Position numbers and translations under genes: made by a program
In this document: piece after piece, positions 40,966 to 53,000 of the stretch
Position numbering within the stretch: position 1 is the first letter of the stretch
Layout of the letters: each line of letters begins with the position of its first letter
From: Candidatus Magasanikiibacteriota bacterium
Lineage (GTDB): Bacteria > Patescibacteriota > Patescibacteriia > Magasanikbacterales > 2-02-FULL-50-9b
Direction: 5' to 3'
Assembly: GCA_943355025.1 (NCBI GenBank)
Contig: CALRDW010000003.1
Span: 7,680 to 71,679 of the forward strand
Length of the DNA: 64,000 nt
Notes under the pieces: generated by a model
Told to the model about the DNA's origin: nothing
Seen by the model: only the letters and a program-made list of their open reading frames with translations
Databases searched by the model: none

Positions 40966-42333
40966 ATGAAAATAAATAATCGATTTTTTGATCAACGTAT
41001 AGCGGTTCTTGGTTTTGGTATTGAAGGGCAAAGTGCTGCGGATTTTTTTATTGAGCAGGGCGCGTATGTTGCGGTGTGGGATGCAAAGAGCGCTGAGTCA
41101 TTTGATACTGATGTGCGTGCGAAGTATGAGGAGGCTGGAATTTTGTTTGACTGCGGCAGCGCACGTTTGGGCGGCGAATTCGATTTCGCGGTTCGCTCGC
41201 CGGGAATTTCGGTGCATGCAGCTGTTCTCGTGGATTTGCGCGCACGCGGCGTTCGCATTACTTCCGCAACGCAGATTTTTTTTGATGAATGTTCGGGCCG
41301 CACGATCGGTATTACGGGCACAAAAGGTAAAGGCACAACATCAACACTTATATACGAGTTGCTTCGCGCGGCCGGCGTTCCAACCGTGCTTGGTGGAAAT
41401 ATAGGGACACCGATGTTGTCGCTTCTACCACAGATTACGGATGACACAATTGCGGTCCTCGAGCTTTCAAGTTTTCAGCTGCAGGATTTAACGCGCAGCC
41501 CGCACATCGCTGTCGTCCTCATGACAACGAGTGATCATTTAGATGTACACGCGGACGAGGCGGAATATGTTGCAGCAAAAGCAGCAATTACGAAGTTTCA
41601 GACTGAACACGATGTGCTTGTCGTAAATTCGGATTATCCAAACTCGCGCGCGATTGCAGAAAGCTCACTTGCGCAGCGAGTATTTGTGAGCGCACACGAG
41701 CGCGTTGACGGGTGCTATGCAGATGATGAGTCGGTCGTGTGGACGGGCGAGGGTGAGAACGAAATTATTGCGGCGACTTCCGACGTCGTGCTTCCAGGCC
41801 GGCACAATTTAGAAAATGTGTGCGCTGCTGTTGCGGTTGCAAAAATGCTGCACATTTCTGACGAGTGTATTGTGGGCGTGCTTCGCGCATTTCACGGACT
41901 CGAACATCGGTTAGAATTAGTTCGCGAAGTTCGCGGCGTTCGTTATTATAATGATTCTTTCGCAACAAACCCCGCAAGTACAATCGCCGCAATTCGCGCA
42001 TTCGACGCACCCAAAATTTTAATTCTTGGCGGCTCCCCAAAGGGGACGGACTTCAGTGAACTTGCGACCGTGATTGTCGAGTCGAATATTCGAGCAATCG
42101 TTGGCATTGGTGAGGAATGGCTGCGCATCAAAGCCGCGCTTGAGGATGCGGGCGCGCGGGGAATTATATACCTCGAAGGCTGTACAACTGCACCTGAAAT
42201 GGTTGCTGCAGCAGCGCGCGTTGCTGAACACGGCGATGTGGTTTTGATGTCTCCTGCCTGCGCGAGTTTTGGGCTTTTTAACAATTATAAAGAGCGGGGA
42301 TATTTGTTTAAGGACGCTGTATTGCACTTATAA
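40966..42333 (+). CDS. murD: UDP-MurNAc-L-Ala:D-Glu ligase
   Basis: SPG, GTKGKGTT, ELSSFQL, NDSFATN, SPACAS. Confidence 0.95.
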   Translation: MKINNRFFDQRIAVLGFGIEGQSAADFFIEQGAYVAVWDAKSAESFDTDVRAKYEEAGILFDCGSARLGGEFDFAVRSPGISVHAAVLVDLRARGVRITSATQIFFDECSGRTIGITGTKGKGTTSTLIYELLRAAGVPTVLGGNIGTPMLSLLPQITDDTIAVLELSSFQLQDLTRSPHIAVVLMTTSDHLDVHADEAEYVAAKAAITKFQTEHDVLVVNSDYPNSRAIAESSLAQRVFVSAHERVDGCYADDESVVWTGEGENEIIAATSDVVLPGRHNLENVCAAVAVAKMLHISDECIVGVLRAFHGLEHRLELVREVRGVRYYNDSFATNPASTIAAIRAFDAPKILILGGSPKGTDFSELATVIVESNIRAIVGIGEEWLRIKAALEDAGARGIIYLEGCTTAPEMVAAAARVAEHGDVVLMSPACASFGLFNNYKERGYLFKDAVLHL

Positions 42334-42388
42334 TTTGGGCGAATTCGTTGTCAAACTGTCTATATTTTTTATCCACATCTTATACCCC

Positions 42389-42417
42389 TTGACAAACCTT
42401 TTTGCTCCGTATAGAAT
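42389..42417 (+). promoter_or_regulatory. sigma70 promoter for the 23S-5S unit
   Basis: TTGACA-17-TAGAAT; DnaA box TTATCCACA at 42369-42377. Confidence 0.75.
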
Positions 42418-43265
42418 GCATTCACTCTCAATTAAAGAATTACCATGTACGCTTAGCCGAAAGGCTCGTACCTCTGGGCCGTTAGTAGCGGCCTTTTTGC
42501 TTCTTAAATGGGGCACGAAGTTTGGCAGAACAATGAGTGGAGAGTATCTGAACTTTAACAACTGAAGATTACGAAGGTAAAGGCAAATAATAGAACCATT
42601 GCAATTAAGCAAATAATAAAAACGTAAGTAAGTAGTGTAAAAACACAATGTACGTGAAGCTTTCCAAGCGCATAAACACCGTCTTGGTGCTTCAATGTAA
42701 GAGCGTACAATAAGGGTGTGTGGTGGATGCCTTGCTAAATATAGCTGAAGAAGGACGCTGTAGCGAGCGAAAACTACGAGAAGGTCGCAAACAACCTCTG
42801 ATCCGTAGGTCTCCGAATGGGGAAACCCACTTCGATGAGAGTCGAAGTATCCTGCAGTGAATACATAGCTGCTGGAAAGTTACCCGGGGAAGTGAAACAT
42901 CTCAGTACCCGGAGGAATATAAATCAAATGAGATTCCCAGAGTAGTGGCGAGCGAAATGGGAACAGACCAAACGTACAATCCACGAACGGAATGAAAGGT
43001 CGTCTTCGGACGTATCATGAATTCCGGGAAAGGTGTAGGCCGATGTGTTGTACGGGTTGTGGGATGATACTTGAGAGGACCTACAAACTCTCGGTCAGAA
43101 CTGTGTTATAGGAAAATAGGCTGGAAAGCCTAACCAAAGAGGGTGATAGTCCCGTATTCGAAATGACATTAGTTCGGCTTGTATCGTTCCCGAGTAGGGC
43201 AGGACACGTGAAATCCTGTCTGAAGCTGGGACGACTATGTTCCAAGTCTAAATACTATATTTAAG

Positions 43266-43302
<37 letters not shown>

Positions 43303-43887
43303 CAGCCCGAAAGGGCGATGAAATAGTTTCTGAAACCACGCACTTACAAGGAGTCGGAGCCCAAGCGCGCGTAAGCGAAATGCCGGGTGACGGCGTGCCT
43401 ATTGAAGAATGAGCCAACGAGTCAGTTGACCGTCGCAGGTTAAGGTCCTATGGACCGGAGCCACAGTGAAAGCAAGGATTAATAGTCCGTTTGTGGCGGC
43501 GACTGTACCCGAAACGGGGTGAGCGACCCATGACCAGGTTGAATGTTTTGGAAACAAAACAGGAGGACCGAACCAACCAGCTGTGCAAAACTGGTGGATG
43601 AGTTGTGGGTAGCGGAGAAATTCCAATCGAACCCCGTGATAGCTGGTTCTCCTCGAAACATCTTTAGGGATGGCCTCGTATGTTCCCACCGGAGGTAGAG
43701 CACTGAATGAAAACAGGGGCGCAAGTCTACTTTTTTCAACCAAACTCCGAATGCCGGTGATTAAAAATACGGGAGTCAGACAGTGGGGGCTAAGCTTCAT
43801 TGTCTAAAGGGAAACAGCCCAGACCATCAACTAAGGTCCCAAAATCAATGCTCAGTGTGAAAAGTGGTGATGTAGCTTTGACAACCA

Positions 43888-43919
<32 letters not shown>

Positions 43920-44708
43920 GAAAGCGTAACAGCTCACTGGTCGAGCCGCATCGCGCTGAAAATATACCGGGGCTTAAGCATTGTACCGAAGTTATGGATT
44001 GTATTCGGATCCGTCTGAATACAGTGGTAGAGGAGCGTTCCGTCCAGCAGTGAAGTCGGACCCGCGAGGGCCGGTGGAGCGGACGGAAGTGAGAATGTTG
44101 GCATAAGTAGCAGAAACGGGTGTGAGAATCACCCGCACCGTAAAACCAAGGTTTCCTGGGCAACGCGAATCGTCCCAGGGTAAGTCGATCCTAAGCTCAG
44201 GCCGAAAGGCGTAGGCGATGGAAGAGCAGGTTAATATTCCTGCACTATGATAGTGGAGTTCTATATGTGCGCATTTTTGAGATGTGAGCGGTATTTGGTT
44301 ATGGCCGTTGCGCAAGCACGAGATGAAGTCTTCGGATGGAATCAAGTTGGGTTGAAGAAGTGCCAAGAAAAGCATATAGCGCGTTGAAGCTGTCGTATCC
44401 GTACCGGAAACCGACACAGGTGGTTGGGCATGAATATGCCAAGGTGTACGAGAGAACCCTCGTTTAGGAACTAGGCAAAAAAGTAGGCGTAACTTCGGGA
44501 TAAGCCTTCCCTCTCGCAAGAGAGGGCGCAGCGAAAGACATCAGGCGACTGTTTATCTAAAACACAGCTCCATGCGAAACCGTAAGGTGATGTATATGGG
44601 GTGATGCCTGGCCAGTGTCCGAATGTTAAGGGGAGAGGTTAGCCGCAAGGCGAAGCTTTGATCCGAAGCACGGATGAACGCCGGCCGTAACTATAACGGT
44701 CCTAAGGT

Positions 44709-45419
44709 GAATAAAAGCTGCCTTAGTAAAATTCGACTAAATGCTGGAACAACTGGAGTATCTTGTGCTCCTAAGGTATAATGTAACCATAGATTATGCC
44801 AAGGAATAATGTACAAGCGTTTCCGAGTAAGGATCGGAAGCCAGTCAATCAGCAGGAAAGACTAGAAATGAGTGGTTGGATAGTAGGATTCACCGATGGT
44901 GAAGGCTGCTTTTCGGTAAGTCTCATAAGAAATACAACAGCCAAAATTGGTTGGCAAGTATTTCCTGAGTTCGTAATCACGCAGGGAGCAAAGAGTCGTG
45001 TAGCACTCGAAGAAATTCAAATTTTTTTCGAATGTGGACGAATCTATGAAAACCGGCGTTACGATAATCACCGAGAGCATCTATTGCGTTATTGTGTGAG
45101 ATCAATTCAAGAGCTTCGAGAACGGATAATTCCTTTTTTTCAGCAACATGAATTGAAAACACACAAAAAGAATGACTTCAAAAAGTTTTGTGAAATAATT
45201 TCTCTTATTGAGAAAAGACATCATTTGACGTATGAAGGAGTTACTAAAATAGCGCAACACATATCAGAAATGAATCGAAAATCAAAACCAAAGTTTCTAG
45301 AATCCTCAGAGACTACACGTCGAACTCTGGACACAGAGATGATATAGTCCGACCTGCATAGCGATATGCAGAAAGTGGTAGAAATACTACTTCGTCCAGA
45401 AATGGATAGTAACATATTG
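44709..45419 (+). mobile_element. Group I intron at 23S position L1931
   Basis: Interrupts CCTAAGGT^AGCGAAATTCC; P1 partner GCCTTAG; P7 strands GAGACTA and ATAGTCC; terminal G. Confidence 0.93.
44796..45347 (+). CDS. Single-motif LAGLIDADG homing endonuclease
   Basis: WIVGFTDGEGCF; F.ITQ; IIPFF..L...K..DF. Confidence 0.92.
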   Translation: MPRNNVQAFPSKDRKPVNQQERLEMSGWIVGFTDGEGCFSVSLIRNTTAKIGWQVFPEFVITQGAKSRVALEEIQIFFECGRIYENRRYDNHREHLLRYCVRSIQELRERIIPFFQQHELKTHKKNDFKKFCEIISLIEKRHHLTYEGVTKIAQHISEMNRKSKPKFLESSETTRRTLDTEMI

Positions 45420-45819
45420 AGCGAAATTCCTTGTCAGGTGAGTTCTGACCCGCACGAATGGCATAACGATCTGATGACTGTCTCAACGAGGGACTCGGCG
45501 AAATTGCAAGAGGGGTGAAGATGCCCTTTACCCGTGGTTAGACGAAAAGACCCCATGAAGCTTTACTATAACTTGTCATTGGACATACGTTTCGTATGTT
45601 CAGCGTAGGCGGGAGCCGCAAGGCACCAATGAGACACCGCCCTTACGCTATGTGTGTTCTTGATCCCTGTCCGTGAATCCGGATGGAGAGACAGTGACTG
45701 GTGGGTAGTTTGCCTGGGGCGGGAGCCTCCCAAAAAGTAACGGAGGCGTCTACAAAGGTCAGCTTAGCGCGGATGGAAATCGCGCTGGACGTGTAAACGC
45801 ACAAGCTGGCTTTACTGCA

Positions 45820-45850
<31 letters not shown>

Positions 45851-45968
45851 AGGTTAGTGATCCGACGATCCAACATAGGATGGTCGAAGCTCAACGGATA
45901 AAAGCTACTCTGGGGATAACAGGCTGATCGGGTCCAAGAGTCCATATCGACGACCCGGTTTGGCACCT

Positions 45969-46309
45969 TAACATATCGGGGTGCAAATAGAGTGATTTAT
46001 TTCCAAGTCTTTTCGTCAAAACTAAAATGTTAGATAGTGAGAAACAATAAATTCGGCTTATAACGGAGAACCCGTCAGTGATACGCCCGTATCACCCGGC
46101 AACCCCGTGGGAAGTCGCCTATGAAAGTAGGTTGACCCCGTAACGACTGACCCGAAAGGGGAGAATCTGCGCGCTGTGCGCGGATTAACACGCCGACTCT
46201 TAATACGTCAAACTGAGATTATGCACGTAAACACAGTTAGTGTTTGCAGCTACGATCCAGATTAAGATGAAGATATAGTCTACCCCACAAGAAACTGTGG
46301 AATTATGTA
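45969..46309 (+). mobile_element. ORF-less group I intron at 23S position L2500 with terminal A
   Basis: Interrupts GGCACCT^CGATGTCGGC; P1 GGGTGC, P10 ATATCG, P7 ACGACTG/TAGTCT. Confidence 0.9.
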
Positions 46310-46325
46310 CGATGTCGGCTCATCG

Positions 46326-46356
<31 letters not shown>

Positions 46357-46369
46357 TGGCTGTTCGCCA

Positions 46370-46421
<52 letters not shown>

Positions 46422-46813
46422 CTATCTACCACGGGCGTTGAATATTGAGAGGGCTGGTCTTTAGTACGAGAGGACCGAGATCAACGAACCTCTAGTGTAC
46501 CGGTTGTCCCACCAGGGGCAAACGCCGGGTAGCTACGTTCGGCACGGATAAACGCTGAAAGCATCTAAGCGTGAAGCCGTCCTCAAGATTAATATTCGTT
46601 ATAGCTCCCTGGGAGACTACCAGGTTGATAGGCCGGAAGTAGAAGCGTAGTGATACGTGTAGCTGACCGGTACTAATAGAGCGAGTACGACCTTACATTG
46701 AAGCACTCAAACGTTATTGATGTGCTTAAAAATTCGGTAATGGCGACATATTCGTCCATTACCTTCGTAATCAAATCAGTTGAAACGGTTGGAGCAGGGC
46801 TCCCCCGCAGTAA

Positions 46814-46932
46814 ATTGGTGGCTTCAAGTGCAGTGGAAACACCCGTTCCCATTCCGAACACGGTAGTTAAGCACTGCTACGCCGATGATAGTTGGACCTA
46901 ACCCGGTCCCGCGAAAGTAGGCCGCCGCCAGT
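46814..46932 (+). rRNA. rrf: 5S rRNA
   Basis: CCCGTTCCCATTCCGAAAC-like motif (CCCGTTCCCATTCCGAACACGG), terminal helix TGGTGGC/GCCGCCA. Confidence 0.93.
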
Positions 46933-47096
46933 TTTTTGCGGGGGAGTTTTGTATTTAAAAAAAGGAGTCTCTCGGGCTCCTTTTTTAGTATACCGCTATT
47001 TTTTACCGCTCTCTTCCTTCAAGATGATCACCTGTGCACAAAAAGCCTTGCCGCCCTGGTCTTGTTGGCGTACACTACTCTTTCTATTGAACTTGT

Positions 47097-48716
47097 ATGT
47101 TTTTAAAACGAATAAAAGAAAATTGGAAGTCTGGTATCACAGTTGCGTTGGTCTCAATTCCGCTCTCTATTTCGCTCGCAGTTGCGTCGCAAGCGTCTCC
47201 GATCGATGGGATCATTACCGCAATTTGGGCGGGCCTCATCGCATCGCTTTTTGGTGGAAGTAACTATAATATCGTTGGACCGACTGGCGCGCTTTCTGGA
47301 ATTTTAGCGACATACGCGATTATACACGGCGCGGACAAGCTCTCGGTTTTAGCGATTCTTGCGGGTGTTATTATTTTGTGTGCATTTTTGATGAAGCTTG
47401 AGCGCTATTTAGTATTCGTACCTGCAAGTGCGCTGTACGGATTTACGTTGGGTGTTGCCTGTATCATCGCATTCAATCAATTTAATTTTGCAACAGGTTT
47501 AACCAATTTGCCCAAGCATGAAAAGTTTATTGACAACCTGATTGAATCTTTTAAACATGTAGGGTCTGCTTCACCTGCGGCACTTATTGTGTTTGCGCTC
47601 TTTTTGTTCGGGCTTTTTGCCCTGTTGAAATGGGTGCCAAAAATACCGGCAGTTATAGCGCTGACTCCAGTCGGCGTTTTGTTTGGATATTTTACATCGG
47701 TCGGAAAGATACACATTCCGCTTCAAACGCTCCAAACTAAGTTCGGGGATATTGCGCCGACTTTGTTCCAGCATCATTCCTTTGTGTTTGATGCAACCAT
47801 TATTGCGCCTGCATGTACGATTGCGCTTATTGCGATTTTGGAAACCATGTTATCAGCTAAAATTGCTGATGGAATGACGCATACGAAACATGATAAGCGA
47901 AAGGAAATGTTTGCGCTGGGTATAGGGAATATCGCGTCTGGTTTTATGGGCGGCATTCCGGCAACCGCAGCTCTTGCACGCACCTCGCTTAATATTAAAA
48001 CAGGCGCAATAAACAAAATGTCAGGTACGATTAGCAGTGTCGCCATTGCTAGTATCTCAGTAATTTTAATTTCGACCTTTAAGTATATTCCGCTTGCCGT
48101 AATTGCGGCGATTCTTGTGTTTACGGCATATCGAATGATTGAGCTTCATCACTTCACGAGATTGTATCGACTCGACCGTAAGGAATTTTATCTAGCCTTG
48201 GTTGTGGCCTTCATTACAGTATACGAGGACCCAATCGTGGGTATTTTGTTTGGTGTTGCTGCAGCTTTAATTATTTTCATGGACAAGTTGTCTCATGGCC
48301 AATATGAGTTGACCATGAACGATATAAAAAAAGGAGAGGTGTCTCATACTGCCGGCATAGAAAAAATTCATGTACTTGAAGGTGCACACACACTCGTGTA
48401 TTCCATAAAAGGGCAACTCGCTTATATTAATGCACTCGCACATGTGGGGCGATTCGAGAATGATTTATCCGGATATACGAATGTCGTCTTGCGGTTTCGC
48501 GAGTTATATTTTATTGACCTTGATGGTGTTGGAGCGATTGATGAGATTATTGAGCTGGTACAAGATCAGCACAAAAATGTTTATATTACCGGCGTTAATC
48601 CGCTCATTGAAAAATTACTTGAGGAATCAAAACACTTTGCGAAACTTAAAGATCAGGGGTACGTGTTTCATAAGACGAGTGAAGTGCTGGTGAAGCTTGG
48701 TTTTCCGTTGAAGTAA
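47097..48716 (+). CDS. SulP/SLC26 anion transporter with STAS domain
   Basis: GITVALVSIPLS, GPTGA, PATAALART; C-terminal STAS domain. Confidence 0.92.
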   Translation: MFLKRIKENWKSGITVALVSIPLSISLAVASQASPIDGIITAIWAGLIASLFGGSNYNIVGPTGALSGILATYAIIHGADKLSVLAILAGVIILCAFLMKLERYLVFVPASALYGFTLGVACIIAFNQFNFATGLTNLPKHEKFIDNLIESFKHVGSASPAALIVFALFLFGLFALLKWVPKIPAVIALTPVGVLFGYFTSVGKIHIPLQTLQTKFGDIAPTLFQHHSFVFDATIIAPACTIALIAILETMLSAKIADGMTHTKHDKRKEMFALGIGNIASGFMGGIPATAALARTSLNIKTGAINKMSGTISSVAIASISVILISTFKYIPLAVIAAILVFTAYRMIELHHFTRLYRLDRKEFYLALVVAFITVYEDPIVGILFGVAAALIIFMDKLSHGQYELTMNDIKKGEVSHTAGIEKIHVLEGAHTLVYSIKGQLAYINALAHVGRFENDLSGYTNVVLRFRELYFIDLDGVGAIDEIIELVQDQHKNVYITGVNPLIEKLLEESKHFAKLKDQGYVFHKTSEVLVKLGFPLK

Positions 48717-48722
48717 AAGCAC

Positions 48723-49148
48723 ATGAATTATTGGCTCATGAAAACTGAACCGGGCACTTTTTCGTGGGATGATCTCGAGAAAGATTTTATGACGCGCGGC
48801 TGGTCTGAGTGGGATGGTGTTAGAAATTATGAGGCGCGAAATAACATGTGCGCCATGAAACAGGGAGATGAAGTATTTATTTATCATAGCTCAATAAAAC
48901 CCGCGATTGTTGGTATCGGTCGCATCGTGCACGAAGCACACGCAGATTCGAGCGACACAAGTGGACTTTGGCAGTGCGTTGATGTAGCCCCTGTCAAAAA
49001 ATTTGCGTGCCCTATAAGTTTAGCAGTAGTTAAGGCATTGCCACAGCTCAAATCTATGACCCTCGTTAAGCGAGGGAGACTTTCCGTTCAATCGGTAACG
49101 CACGAAGAGTGGAAATTTATTTTAAAATTAGCAGCAGTAACCTCTTGA
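48723..49148 (+). CDS. EVE domain protein
   Basis: YWLMKTEP, WDGVRNY.ARN, RLSVQ. Confidence 0.93.
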   Translation: MNYWLMKTEPGTFSWDDLEKDFMTRGWSEWDGVRNYEARNNMCAMKQGDEVFIYHSSIKPAIVGIGRIVHEAHADSSDTSGLWQCVDVAPVKKFACPISLAVVKALPQLKSMTLVKRGRLSVQSVTHEEWKFILKLAAVTS

Positions 49149-49201
49149 CTTTTTGTATCGTTCGGGCTAGTATATCGCCTGGCACAATCAGGAGGGTTTT
49201 G

Positions 49202-50008
49202 ATGAGTACTTTACAGCATTTTCTTGATCTTGGAGTGACTGTGGGCCTGCTTGGTTTGCAGCACGCGCGAACTTTTGAAGGGGATCCTCAGGGTGGGGAT
49301 TTTGAGCGGGGCTTGTTTGTCATTCGTTCGTTTACAAATCATGACAGCGTGGCTCTTCTTAACCCGGATAATAGTGGACGCGTCGTTATTGCTCGTTTCA
49401 ACCAGCTTCATTACCTGAGGCGTCACGACTATTATTTTCCTGAACCCGCAAGCTGTGTGCTCATCGAAACAGATTCACTTGATGCAGGGGTTCGTACGTT
49501 GTGCATGCCGACGTGCGACCATCCGTTTATGAGCGTTCAATTCGAGCGTGAAAATAAATTATTCGCACTCGGCGCTGCGCGGTTGTGGCCGGGAAATTTG
49601 TGTGGAGCGGGCAGCATCGTTGAGCAGCTCTTTGAATATGCAGAAAAAAACCATGTCGACCACGTACGCTTCATTCTGAGCGCTGGGGCAGGTCCGTGCT
49701 GCATAAAACCGGACCCCGCCTACATTACGCGTGTCATTGACGCGTTTGGCAAAGATTGGCCGGCTCAGCATTTTTTGCGGGCTCGACCAGGGTCAATTTC
49801 GCTCGGCATGGATTTACTCCTGGTCATTACAGCGGAAATTGAGCGGTGCAAAAAACGCTCGAAATTGTTGGTAAACATTAATCCGGGAGATATAAGCTGC
49901 TCTGCATGCGCAAACCACGGAAAGGGGCATCTCTACAACTCAAATGGTGACGGCACAAACCTTGCGTTTTTTAACTCAACAGCCGAGATTCCACCGCAGA
50001 TGTGTTGA
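49202..50008 (+). CDS. Degenerate YfiH/PgeF-like protein
   Basis: Q.H, T(C)D(H)P, W.G, GAGPCC and C..C appear in YfiH order; catalytic residues altered. Confidence 0.5.
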   Translation: MSTLQHFLDLGVTVGLLGLQHARTFEGDPQGGDFERGLFVIRSFTNHDSVALLNPDNSGRVVIARFNQLHYLRRHDYYFPEPASCVLIETDSLDAGVRTLCMPTCDHPFMSVQFERENKLFALGAARLWPGNLCGAGSIVEQLFEYAEKNHVDHVRFILSAGAGPCCIKPDPAYITRVIDAFGKDWPAQHFLRARPGSISLGMDLLLVITAEIERCKKRSKLLVNINPGDISCSACANHGKGHLYNSNGDGTNLAFFNSTAEIPPQMC

Positions 50009-50081
50009 GTTTTGCTAAAATATCTCCAACCAAGAACCCCCGAGACGCGTGTCATGCACTCCGCATGCTAGCCTCTCGGTT

Positions 50082-53000
50082 TTATTTTTTTGCGAGCTTT
50101 TCAGCTTTTTTAGCACGTTTACGTTTTATAGTTTTGAGTTCATCGAGTTTTCCAGGAAGACCCATCTTGGAATCACGATATAAAAGTGCAACCTCCTGAA
50201 ACTCCTTGAGTTTTTGAATCAGAAGTCCCATGTCCGTGATTTCAACTTCGCCTTTTGAATCAAGTTTGTATTGTATACCAAGTGCTGCCAAAACTTTTTT
50301 ATATTTTGGTGCATCTTTACCAATTTTTTCCCACGAAATGTAATTGTTGAGGATTTTATTGATCATGAGCTCGATTCGCTTTTTTAATTCAGCGCGATAC
50401 GGGATGCTAGCAAAATTTACGGGCTTATCGAGGCGCACAGAACCTTCCCTGCGAAGCTCATCAAACGCACTAAAACGAATTTTATCCCATTGTTCGAGAG
50501 GTGAGTGGCCGTGACGCAGCGCCTCGATTGAACGGCGTGCTGAGGTAAATAAGAGCGAGCGATTTGTGTAGGCAATGGTTTTGTTTGTGCCGCGCGCGTT
50601 GGAAATTGCAGTCCCAAATGCTATGTCTTCCCCAAGTTCGGAATCATCGTGGTAGCCACCGACTGCAGCATAAATACTTGAACGGAACGCAAAATTTCCA
50701 CCGCTCGAAATCGTTTTGCCATGCAGTTTGCGATTGATAGCGTTGAGATATTGGAATAAGCGCGTTCCAATATAGAGTTCTGGATATTTGACGAGTGCTG
50801 CTGGATCCCAATCGAGGTTTCCAAGGTATCCATCCTTTTCCGGATGTTTATCGAGCATGTCAACAAAATTTTGAATGTAATGCTGCGACACGCCTTTATT
50901 ATCCGCGTCATTGCTGACGATGATGAGTTCTGGCGCCGAGGCGCCGCGCTGTGCTTGACGTAGGATCACAGCGTCGTTGAGCAGTTTACGAACCAGGCCG
51001 ATTTTTGCTTGCTCAATTGGCAGCGGACTATACATGACGCGAACCGCCAACTTCGGATGATTCTTTTTGAAACGGGTGATTTCGCGGATTGTTGCGTCAG
51101 GAGTAACAGGCTTTCCTTTTTCATCCGTCATCGGGTGGTTTACAAAGAGCACGATCTCAAACGTCGAAGGATCCGCTGTTTGCGTGGTGAAATTCTCAAG
51201 AGTTTCGTAAATATTTTTTCCCTCTTGATGCCCAGCAACGGGAATTGCGACAACTGTGCGAACACCGGCAGCCATCGGTTCTTTTATTTGTCCGGCGAGC
51301 GCTTCGATTCGTTTGGTGTGTTCTGGTGTTTGGTGTGCGAGGTAGGAAGTGATTTCTTTGTGTTCATCGAGGCGTACATTCGGATCGTGCTTCAATGTCT
51401 CCGACACACTCGAGTCAACATTTTTTTCGTTGCCTTGCTCAGCGTGGTTTCTGCGCGTGCCTTCGTAGCCATAACCGTACATGAGCGGTTGCATGACTGC
51501 TGCTTGTTCAAGTTCTTGGCGCGCGCCCCAATACACAGGAATAAATGGAACAACGTCAGGTCCGTTGTCGCCAAGCACCGTTATTGTTGTATCAATATTT
51601 GGTACAGATTTTGTTGTTATGTCAGTCACACGTACGTCGCCAAGATGGTGGCCACCAAAATTTTGTGAGGCATACGTGTGGAAACCTTTGACGATGCCAT
51701 TTTTGTCATGGACTTCTTCGATAATTTCGGAAAGAAATGCTTTTTCAACAATGTGGCCGTTAGTGTTTTGCCCAAAAATCATGCGAAGCGCGGGATTATC
51801 GTGTGGAACCTCAGCTGTAACAGTTCCATCACCATTGTGGTGGAATGGTACACGAAATGTCGGACCACCTTTTTCAGGTGTGAGCTCCCAAAATAATCGA
51901 TTTTCAGTAAGCGCTTTGCCTGGGCGACCAATAAGAGCATGATGCAGTGATCCTGCCGTTTGGTGACCGCTTGAATTCGCGGCATATTCTTTCATGTCGA
52001 TACGAAGTTGCGCATCGCCATTTTGGGTAAAGCCGCTGTGGTGCTCGCCTTGGTACCATGCGCGTAGTTCATTGAATTCTGCCTTGCTTGCGGTATTATT
52101 ACCATACCAATCCTGCATGCCATGTGGACGTGTATACCAATTCGGACCCGTTGCATGACGTTGGATATACTCGTGACCGGTTTCAGTATGTGTTTCTGTG
52201 GTCGTGGTAGTTCCAACGCTCGAAAGACCGTTGATATCGTGGAGACCTGCGTGGCTGAGAAACGCGAGTGACGCCGAATCAAAATTTCCCGTTGTTGGAT
52301 CAATCATGAGTGCGAGATGGCGGCCATCGGGGAGCGCAAGCTCCGCTGCGCCGTTGCCGCGATCGAGCAAAGAGTAGTCGGTAGGAAGATTTACGTGTAT
52401 TGATCCGCCACCAGGAATTGCAACGAGATCAACGTGTGTCGGCTGTAGCATACCGAGCGCGTGTGAGGGAATTCCGAAGCCTGTTTTTTCGTGAGCCCAT
52501 GCTGCAAAAGCGTGGAGTGATGTTTGCGCGCCTTGGCCATGAGCCGAGGAGTAAACAAAATGCTCAGCAAGGCCTTCGACATTGTCGTTGAAAAATGCGG
52601 TAACCTCTTGAATACCGAGACCAAGTCCGAGACCAATCGCTCCGCCTTTGAGGCCGGCGCGAATTGAACGGCGGATGCGAAAACTCCGCTCAAGTGCGTC
52701 CTTTTCATTTTTTTCCGTAGCCATTGTTGTGAGGAATTGTTCCGCTTCGCGGTCAAGTCGTTCACGGAGTTGGGCCGATGTAATGTTGAGACTACGGCTG
52801 AGCTGCGTTTTCATGGTTGCGCGCAGCAGCATGAGTTCCGTGTGGAGTGTTTCTGATTCACCATCTAAATAGCTGATAGTATCAACGCTATGCAAGTCGC
52901 GGAAAGAAATTCGCGCTTCGATTTCTGCGAGTGAACGAATCGCACCAGAGGTTTCCGCTTCGGATAAATGCCTGAGGTTTGTGTCGGCGCCGCAAAAATT

